Source of the DNA: a virus
Taxonomy: Duplodnaviria; Heunggongvirae; Uroviricota; Caudoviricetes
IMG/VR virus record: IMGVR_UViG_3300037418_002559
Coordinates: 15,999-79,998 of that record
Strand: one strand, 5' to 3'
Length of the DNA: 64,000 nucleotides
The translations under genes were made by a program, and so were the position numbers. The notes below the pieces were generated by a model. That model made no database searches, was not told the DNA's origin, and worked only from the letters and a program-made list of their open reading frames with translations. Of the stretch, positions 9,368-16,229 are shown piece after piece (the first letter of the stretch is position 1; each line of letters opens with the position of its first letter).

Positions 9368-9542
9368 GGGCAAACCGCGCTTGCGAATTCTGTGGACGCC
9401 GCTCATCCTGTGGTTTATATGGAGGCTGGCGTTTGCCTGCGGGCAGCATAATTGGTGGTGGGCCGACGACGCGTCCTTCTGGGCGCTGGTCGCTCTGTGT
9501 GGTTGGGATCGATTTGAATTCAGAGATAGGAAGGCTAAATGA
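9357..9542 (+). CDS. small membrane protein
   Basis: Hydrophobic LILWFIWRLAFA. Confidence 0.35.
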   Translation: MEAEGKPRLRILWTPLILWFIWRLAFACGQHNWWWADDASFWALVALCGWDRFEFRDRKAK

Positions 9543-9832
9543 AGAAGACAGCTATCTTGGTTTTATTCGCGTGCGTCGTAGGTCAGGCCCAAAAGAAGGG
9601 CGAAGAGGGAAACACGCTCTTAGAGGCCAGCCTCGCGGTGGCGAAAAGGGTGTGTGCCGCCCATCCGGATGCAAGTGTATGGGTGTATCACGAGAAGTCG
9701 TGGGACGCATATCCTTGTGGCCGACTTCAGCCAATCTTCGACTTGGATACCGACAATTCTTTCGATGCCCTGATCCCGTTGATTGAAGATATTCACAGCC
9801 CATCGTCCAGCAAGTCGAAGGAGACTAAATGA
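9539..9832 (+). CDS. secreted small protein (Sec signal peptide)
   Basis: N-terminus MKKTAILVLFACVVGQAQ. Confidence 0.5.
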   Translation: MKKTAILVLFACVVGQAQKKGEEGNTLLEASLAVAKRVCAAHPDASVWVYHEKSWDAYPCGRLQPIFDLDTDNSFDALIPLIEDIHSPSSSKSKETK

Positions 9833-10536
9833 TTACTTTATTGCTGTTCTTATTCATAGCAGGCGGGCAGAAGAAGCCTACTTCGACACTGCACGTGCAT
9901 ACTGCCATGTGCGTGGCGGGGTCGCACCAGGACGCGAATGAGGAGTGCGTGTGGGACAACGGGCAGAAGAAGCCTACGCCGAAGCCGCTGCAGCATGGTT
10001 CAACTTGTAGCCCAGAGAACCCATGCGAAATTCACCCACCGCCAGTGACGCAATACTCTGACGGCTGCAACACGACCACTTGCAGGGGCGATATGTGCGT
10101 TCAGACGCTACGGGCATGTGTGAAGGCCGACGAGCCGGAACTCGACGCCACGTTTCCCATACGGGTTCACAGCATACCGGCAGAGCCCTTGGGTTCGACG
10201 TCCGGAGACAAACGCTACGAATACCTGAACGATGAGATGCTGGGCTCCCCTGATGGCTCCAGGGTTGTGAAACTATCCGACGCTGAGTACACCCACCTCC
10301 AAGAGCTTCGCAAGGCCGTAGTAGATGAAGAGAAGAGGATCGCGGTGAAGTATGGGGCCGATCCTTGGTCTGCGATGGATTGTCTCAATATGCAGAGAGG
10401 TGCGACGAAAGAGGGCATGAAAGAACTGAACATCTATCCCGGATTGACTAACAAGTGCGATCCAGAAGCCTATCCTGACCGCAAGGACCACTACGAGTAT
10501 CATAAGCAGTTCCTGATTATAGAAAAGGAGAAGTAA
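9829..10536 (+). CDS. secreted Cys-rich protein with GQKKPT repeats
   Basis: Signal-like MITLLLFLFIAGG. GQKKPT occurs twice. Many Cys. Confidence 0.5.
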   Translation: MITLLLFLFIAGGQKKPTSTLHVHTAMCVAGSHQDANEECVWDNGQKKPTPKPLQHGSTCSPENPCEIHPPPVTQYSDGCNTTTCRGDMCVQTLRACVKADEPELDATFPIRVHSIPAEPLGSTSGDKRYEYLNDEMLGSPDGSRVVKLSDAEYTHLQELRKAVVDEEKRIAVKYGADPWSAMDCLNMQRGATKEGMKELNIYPGLTNKCDPEAYPDRKDHYEYHKQFLIIEKEK

Positions 10537-10539
10537 GCG

Positions 10540-11256
10540 ATGTCAGTGTCGAAGATTTGGTTCCAGTGTCCCTCTTGCCTAAGATGCTGCTACAACATAT
10601 GCATTGGCGGGATATGGCGTTGCGAACTATGCTTTCCGCCCATAGCTTCTGATCGAGAATCGGTTGCATCTCCCGCAGAGGACGCACGGCAAAGCGCTAC
10701 CGAATCTCTCCCCGCCCAACCGGAGCAGGTACGGCTATGTCCGCATGGCTTTGACGTAGGGTGTTTCGTCTGCAATTTTAAGCCGGTTGCATCTCTTCCC
10801 GTAGAGGACAAAGAGAAAGAACAGCCATGTGCTCATTACGGGGTATCCGGGCAGATAAATGGGAAGAAACAGTGTTCTATCTGCTATGACAGCGATCCGA
10901 AGCCCACTCAGATAGCAGAGGCCAAAGAGAAGTGTGACCTTTGCGGGCAGCCTAAAAATGACGGTTGGAATCATGCCCGTGAGAGTGGATATGTTGATTT
11001 CGCAACTGTTTCCTGCTCGGCTCCGGTGGTAGCAGAGGCCAAACCCTCTCCCGACCTGGACGCAGCGTTTGAGGAGCTACTTCGAGAGCCTTCGTGGAAG
11101 GAAATGAAAGTGTGCAACAACCGTCAGCGAGAATTGAATGCCCCTGCCGGAGCAGACATAAGCGCCGTCAATGCACAAAAGAAGGCCATTGGTGAAATGT
11201 TGGCTGCTCGACTGGCAGCATGGAACGCCGCAATCAAGAAAGCAGAGACCCGATGA
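10540..11256 (+). CDS. Cys-rich (multi CxxC) protein
   Basis: CPSCLRCC, CPHGFDVGCFVC, CSICYD, CDLCGQ. Confidence 0.5.
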   Translation: MSVSKIWFQCPSCLRCCYNICIGGIWRCELCFPPIASDRESVASPAEDARQSATESLPAQPEQVRLCPHGFDVGCFVCNFKPVASLPVEDKEKEQPCAHYGVSGQINGKKQCSICYDSDPKPTQIAEAKEKCDLCGQPKNDGWNHARESGYVDFATVSCSAPVVAEAKPSPDLDAAFEELLREPSWKEMKVCNNRQRELNAPAGADISAVNAQKKAIGEMLAARLAAWNAAIKKAETR

Positions 11257-11756
11257 CAACCAAACCAGAAGCTATGAGCGAAGAGAGTGAACGGGATGAA
11301 CTGCAAGGGGTATCTCCTCTGTCTCGGGATCAAATAACGCCCGAGATTGCAGATCAGGCTCGTAAGGCGGTAGCCAGCCATACAGTAGGAATGGGACATT
11401 CGATTCTGGCAACAGCGGGCATCTATGCGGCTTACACAATCATCCGCGAACGCCAAATCCTCCAACTCCAACGCGACAAGAGAGCCGCCGACCTACTGAA
11501 GAATACTGCCTTGCGGTCCCACCAAGAATGGCGCAAACGTGCCTTGGAAGCCGAAGCCGCTCTTGCCGCCGCTAATCAGAGAGCAGATGAAGCCTTCAAT
11601 GCAATGCCGAAGCAGTTGGTGAGTGACAAGAGTTTGGAGGGCGAAATCTGGGCATTTGATGAGCGCCGCTTCCACACGACGATAGCTCTGCTCAAAGAAC
11701 TTCAGGCGTGGCGCAAGTGGGCAAAAGAGCGCCCCACAGGAAAGGCTGGTGAGTGA
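11253..11756 (+). CDS. hypothetical protein
   Basis: ATGA overlap; coiled-coil-like. Confidence 0.45.
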   Translation: MTTKPEAMSEESERDELQGVSPLSRDQITPEIADQARKAVASHTVGMGHSILATAGIYAAYTIIRERQILQLQRDKRAADLLKNTALRSHQEWRKRALEAEAALAAANQRADEAFNAMPKQLVSDKSLEGEIWAFDERRFHTTIALLKELQAWRKWAKERPTGKAGE

Positions 11757-11986
11757 TGGCAGACGGTAGAGTGCAGCGGTTACAGTTCAGGACAACAGCG
11801 CAGGGAGCATTGGACTGTCTGCCACATCCCGAAGGCGGCTTCGTGCATTACGCCGACTACGCCAAGATCGAAACCGAACTCAAAGAAACAAAGAGGGCGC
11901 TGGAGATAATGGCGCTCGACCCTGAAGAGTTCGCAGTGTACCTCGCTTTGGCACGCGAGGAGATAAAGGACGAATCATGCGAGTGA
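11756..11986 (+). CDS. hypothetical small protein
   Basis: GTGATG overlapping the upstream stop. Confidence 0.4.
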   Translation: MADGRVQRLQFRTTAQGALDCLPHPEGGFVHYADYAKIETELKETKRALEIMALDPEEFAVYLALAREEIKDESCE

Positions 11987-12414
11987 AGCAGCTGGTATTA
12001 AAACTGTGTCCGGGGCTGGTGTGCTCCAACTTCGGGGATCAGAAGTTGTGGTCCATACGACTGGAGGATTCTGGCAACGCGCTGGCGGCGTCCAATGAAT
12101 CGGAGGAGGACGCTTGGCTGGAGATGCTTATACGGCTGCTGCGATGCGCCACCGAGGAGGAGCTGCGGGAGCAGGGACGCTCGCTGGCACGTAGTTACAA
12201 GCCGGGGCCGAGACAGGCGTCGCCGTTTCCGCCAGTGTCTCCCAGTGGGAGGCTTGGCGTATACAAACCGAAGCGGCGCACTTACGAAACGTCGGACATA
12301 AAGGAGTTACACCAGGCTATTATTAATAAAATAGCACTAACGCAGATAGCCGCATCAGGTGTAAGTGAGTCGGACTGTCTGGAATGGATCAAGCAGCAAC
12401 TGGAGGCCGTATGA
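11977..12414 (+). CDS. hypothetical protein
   Basis: ORF track entry. Confidence 0.45.
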   Translation: MRVKQLVLKLCPGLVCSNFGDQKLWSIRLEDSGNALAASNESEEDAWLEMLIRLLRCATEEELREQGRSLARSYKPGPRQASPFPPVSPSGRLGVYKPKRRTYETSDIKELHQAIINKIALTQIAASGVSESDCLEWIKQQLEAV

Positions 12415-12929
12415 GATGGAAGTGGGCTTGCCTTGGTATTGTTGGTGTCAGCGTTGCGCTGGGCGCGGCGGTCATATCGTACTGCCGCGTGGCAATTAAG
12501 CAGCAGCATAGTCAAAAGACGCTCAAGCGCTGGGCCGCTTGGCGTGTCGCGCATCCGGCGTGGAAGAAGAGCACGGCAGAGACGCTCGCGGCGCTAGACT
12601 TTACCTGTGGCCCTATCGCCACGCTCGACGCCACTACGCCAGCCACTCTAGTGCCGTTTCAGAGTGATGACAATGTGGCCGCACTTGAACCCAGTTTGCC
12701 GCTGCTACCTAAGACGGAAATTCCGTCGGAGCCGTTGTTCGCAAGCACATACGCCCCGCCGCAAAGTACCCTGCCTTATTCTGTAATACCGTTGCCCGTT
12801 CCAGTTGCGTATCCTGCGCCTTCGCCTGTGCCAGAGCCCAGCTCATTCATCTTTATGCTGAGCGGACTCGCGGCGCTGTGCGTAGGGCGTCAATCTTTCG
12901 CTTGTACTACCTCAGAAGGAGAGAAATGA
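12411..12929 (+). CDS. membrane/secreted Pro-rich protein with C-terminal PEP-CTERM-like sorting signal
   Basis: GGAGG SD then ATG at 12411. N-terminal TM WACLGIVGVSVALGAAVI. C-terminus VPEPSSFIFMLSGLAALCVGRQS. Confidence 0.55.
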   Translation: MRWKWACLGIVGVSVALGAAVISYCRVAIKQQHSQKTLKRWAAWRVAHPAWKKSTAETLAALDFTCGPIATLDATTPATLVPFQSDDNVAALEPSLPLLPKTEIPSEPLFASTYAPPQSTLPYSVIPLPVPVAYPAPSPVPEPSSFIFMLSGLAALCVGRQSFACTTSEGEK

Positions 12930-13450
12930 ACTGTTCTACCATTTTGAATACCGAATCGTTAGCCGTCTTGGTTCTGTCGATAGGCTATGCGCTACTGGCA
13001 CTTGCGTATATTGCCTGTATAGCAAGCAAGCGCAAGACCATGCTAGGCAGAGTGCGCGAGTTTCACAAGCGCTTCGACTGCTACACGGCGTCGGACGGTG
13101 TCAGCCTGCCGCCGGAAGACGTCATGGAGCTGCGACGCAGCCTGATCGCAGAGGAATTCTGGGAGCTCATGGACGCCATGGGGCGCGACGACCTCGTTGA
13201 TGTCGCCGATGCGATCGTGGATCTGCACTATGTATTGTCCGGAACGTCGCTGGTATATGGCCTACCGGAAGACGCCGTGTTCGACGAAGTGCACAGGTCC
13301 AACATGTCCAAGGCTGAGCCGGATGGCACGGTCCATCGCCGCGCCGATGGCAAGATACTGAAGGCTGCGCGCTGGACGCCGCCTGATATCGCCGGAGTCT
13401 TGGCGCGCCACGGCGGCTCGGTAATTACGCGCAAGGCGGTAAGATCGTGA
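12926..13450 (+). CDS. MazG-like nucleoside triphosphate pyrophosphohydrolase with N-terminal TM helix
   Basis: Strong AAGGAGAG SD before the ATG at 12926. TM LAVLVLSIGYALLALAYIACIA. MazG core EEFWELMDAMGRDDLVDVADAIVDLHYV. Confidence 0.7.
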   Translation: MNCSTILNTESLAVLVLSIGYALLALAYIACIASKRKTMLGRVREFHKRFDCYTASDGVSLPPEDVMELRRSLIAEEFWELMDAMGRDDLVDVADAIVDLHYVLSGTSLVYGLPEDAVFDEVHRSNMSKAEPDGTVHRRADGKILKAARWTPPDIAGVLARHGGSVITRKAVRS

Positions 13451-13654
13451 GTGTCGCACAAATGCCGCGTGCCATTGACATGCCGCTACGAAGGGCCACT
13501 GCGGAAGTCGTGGTTCGCAAACGGCCAGTGCCGGGCTGCAGGTCTAAGTTATGCATAGACGGTACGCATGTGCGCTGCTTTATGCTGCGGTGCTCATGCG
13601 ATTGTCACAAGGGAGGCGTGCGCTGAGGCGAGTTCTGGCGGAAATGAGGAAACC

Positions 13655-13987
13655 ATGAGAACAGTACCGTTTTTAAACGAAAAAGGTGAGGTAATCGGGT
13701 CGGCCACCATAAGCCATGACGGCATAGAAGCCGACGTCACCATAACAACCAGTGGCGAAGTGTTGGCTGTGTTAGAAGCAGCTGCAGTGAGCATAGGCTA
13801 CACGTGCACAATTAGCGTAGCGCTTCCCAAAGCGCTACCGTGTGATCACATGCACTGCAAGAACGCGGCTGTCTGGCGCGTGGCACTTGGTTCGGCTCCA
13901 GCCAAGAATATCTGCGCTGCCGCGCTGCACCATTACCTGAGTCAACGCTGCGGGGAACAATTGTATGTCGAGAGGATACGGAGTTGA
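13655..13987 (+). CDS. hypothetical protein
   Basis: Internal ATG after GAGGAA. Confidence 0.4.
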   Translation: MRTVPFLNEKGEVIGSATISHDGIEADVTITTSGEVLAVLEAAAVSIGYTCTISVALPKALPCDHMHCKNAAVWRVALGSAPAKNICAAALHHYLSQRCGEQLYVERIRS

Positions 13988-14013
13988 GTACAGTTGGCAA
14001 GAAGCCGGAAGGC

Positions 14014-14193
14014 ATGCGTGATTGGTACTACATTCTAATAGTAGGCTGGTGCCACATACTGGCTGTGGCATACGTGTTGCGGCTGCTGTTCTGGCATCCA
14101 TTGAGCTGGCGCGAAGAGGCTGCCAGACAAGGCTACATCAGCGCCGTGCGAGCGGCAGAATCTAGAAAGGACAATACCAATGAGCAGAACTAG
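14014..14193 (+). CDS. small membrane protein
   Basis: GGAAGG SD; hydrophobic ILIVGWCHILAVAYVL. Confidence 0.3.
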   Translation: MRDWYYILIVGWCHILAVAYVLRLLFWHPLSWREEAARQGYISAVRAAESRKDNTNEQN

Positions 14194-14791
14194 CCTGCAC
14201 GCACCGCCGCCCAAGGCCGACCTCGAAGAGAATGCGCAGTTCGAGCCGGAAGGCGAGCGCATACGCAAGGAGTTGATCGAATTCCTAGAACGGAACAGGA
14301 TAGCCTCTATCTATCTGGATACCGAGAAGCATGTGGTAGACATCCAATCGGCAGCGTTGCCTCCGAAAGTGAAGAACGTGCTGAGCCACTGGGGTAGTGT
14401 CTACGTCGTGGACGATTCGCCAGACGTCGTTGAAGAATGGGTGCGATCGACGCGCCCGGCGGACTGGGATGACAATCGTATACCGCCTATGACCCATCCG
14501 TTGTCTCGTGGTTGGAGCCAGCCGGACACAGCGCTGATTGCCATAGACGCCACGACTGCGCGCATGCCCGTTGCCGTGTTCCGCAGACTCATGGAATACT
14601 CCACTACGATGCCGTCCGGCGTGTACGAGGGCAAAATGTGGAAGGCGCACGTGCCAGTTCAGAGCAGCCAAGAGCCGCAGGAAGTATGGACTTGGTTTCT
14701 GCGCTGGTACGGTTACAGCAAGATAGTGCCTGGACATGTAAGCAACAACCAGCGTAGGATCGTGCTTACGGACGGAGGGTTACCGGGATGA
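14180..14791 (+). CDS. hypothetical protein
   Basis: 203-aa ORF. Confidence 0.5.
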   Translation: MSRTSLHAPPPKADLEENAQFEPEGERIRKELIEFLERNRIASIYLDTEKHVVDIQSAALPPKVKNVLSHWGSVYVVDDSPDVVEEWVRSTRPADWDDNRIPPMTHPLSRGWSQPDTALIAIDATTARMPVAVFRRLMEYSTTMPSGVYEGKMWKAHVPVQSSQEPQEVWTWFLRWYGYSKIVPGHVSNNQRRIVLTDGGLPG

Positions 14792-14930
14792 AAAGAATGA
14801 AGGTGATCGTGCTGCGCGATCCGTACTTACGCTACCTTTGGCGCGGAAACTTCTTAGTGGCCACACCGCAAGGTGTTGCTCTGGCCGGGGCACTGACGTT
14901 GGAGGAGGCCATGGAAGGAGCGCGAAGGTT

Positions 14931-15077
14931 ATGGCGACGGTTCAAAAACAGCTAGAAAGAAAGTGTCAACCCTGCGGCGGTAGCGGTAAGCTCAGCGTAG
15001 CGCATGCTGACAAAGTGGTACTGAAAAATTGCTTATTCTGCGGAGGAAGAGGATGCGTAAGAAGTTCAAAGGACTGA
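14931..15077 (+). CDS. zinc-ribbon small protein
   Basis: CQPCGGSGK...CLFCGGRGC. Confidence 0.3.
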   Translation: MATVQKQLERKCQPCGGSGKLSVAHADKVVLKNCLFCGGRGCVRSSKD

Positions 15078-15646
15078 GCGCGAAGGTGCTGGAGCGTATG
15101 GCCAAGAGGCGGCGGGAGCGGGCGGAGCGATGGCTCAACTGCTTTCTTGTTGTCTTGTCGGTTCTGTCATGCGGCGGAGTAAGCTGCCTCGCGTTCACGG
15201 CCATGCGGCCAGAAGCACCGACGTGGGCCGATTTTAAACCGATGAAGCTGGGGGACGTAAGCTACGAACTGACCGCGGCGTTCATGCCGGGCGGAGTGCC
15301 TGCGGAGCTCACCATCAACGGCGAGCGATGGAGTCTGGTGATGATCAACCACTTCAACGACGTGGACTTGACTAAGAAAGCCGTGGATGATCCGCGCATG
15401 GCGCAGACGGACTGCAAGCACCGCACCATTTCCTACATCGTCACGCAGGATCCGGAGCGGCTGAGAATCAACCTTATGCATGAGGTGTTCCACGCGGGTG
15501 CTTGTCTGCATGGTGGCGACACTTTCTGGAATAGCGCGGCAGTGGACGATCCGAAGAACCCGCATCCGGGTATATATCATCTAGGAGATTTCACCGCTAC
15601 GTTTCTGAGAGATAATCCGTCGTTTGCAACATGGGAAGCACAGTAA
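15053..15646 (+). CDS. membrane-anchored HExxH zinc metallopeptidase-like protein
   Basis: GGAGG SD; TM FLVVLSVLSCGGVSCLAF; MHEVFHAG. Confidence 0.45.
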   Translation: MRKKFKGLSAKVLERMAKRRRERAERWLNCFLVVLSVLSCGGVSCLAFTAMRPEAPTWADFKPMKLGDVSYELTAAFMPGGVPAELTINGERWSLVMINHFNDVDLTKKAVDDPRMAQTDCKHRTISYIVTQDPERLRINLMHEVFHAGACLHGGDTFWNSAAVDDPKNPHPGIYHLGDFTATFLRDNPSFATWEAQ

Positions 15647-15663
15647 CAAACAAGGAGGAATTT

Positions 15664-15903
15664 ATGTCTGTGAAAATAGACGTTACCGACCATAAGCCAG
15701 GCATACTGCTGGAACGGCACGGCAAAGCAAGCATAGCAGTCACACTACAGCCATACCCATTATCGCAGACCAGTATTATTTTTGCCGCTGACAAAATAGC
15801 CGACGCCATTCCGCTTATCTACGCTTGGTTGTTCCAGCATGAAATTCCTGCCAAGCCAGATTTTCGTAAAAAGAAAGGAGGCGGCGATGGGAGCGGCGCT
15901 TAA
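15664..15903 (+). CDS. hypothetical small protein
   Basis: AGGAGG SD then ATG. Confidence 0.4.
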   Translation: MSVKIDVTDHKPGILLERHGKASIAVTLQPYPLSQTSIIFAADKIADAIPLIYAWLFQHEIPAKPDFRKKKGGGDGSGA

Positions 15904-16147
15904 GAATTGGCTTTGGTTTGCAGGCATAGCGGTTTTGGCTGCGCTACTGTTGGCGGCCTTTTGCGGCGTACTCAACACGACATCCAAGGCCGAGTACGTA
16001 CGCAAGAACAGGTGCGTGCTGACAAGTGACAGCCCGGATTCCAAGCTCTTTCTGCACGGCAGGGTACATGAAGAGCCAGGCTGGAAGACCTACGCGTGCC
16101 CCGACAACGTCTTCGTGGTCATCGAAAACGACGAGGAGCAGCCATGA
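15887..16147 (+). CDS. small membrane protein
   Basis: TM WLWFAGIAVLAALLLAAFCGV. Confidence 0.4.
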   Translation: MGAALKNWLWFAGIAVLAALLLAAFCGVLNTTSKAEYVRKNRCVLTSDSPDSKLFLHGRVHEEPGWKTYACPDNVFVVIENDEEQP

Positions 16148-16190
16148 GGGTCTATCTACGGGCCACTTCCGGAGCCAGTAGGAAAGTAGT

Positions 16191-16229
16191 AGGCCTATAA
16201 TTAACCCAGTCCTGAAAGGGGACCTATAA
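16191..16229 (+). promoter_or_regulatory. promoter-like GCCTATAATTAA element followed by a short hairpin with an SD in the loop
   Basis: TATAAT at 16196-16201. Hairpin GTCC-TGAAAGG-GGAC. ATG at 16230. Confidence 0.4.
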
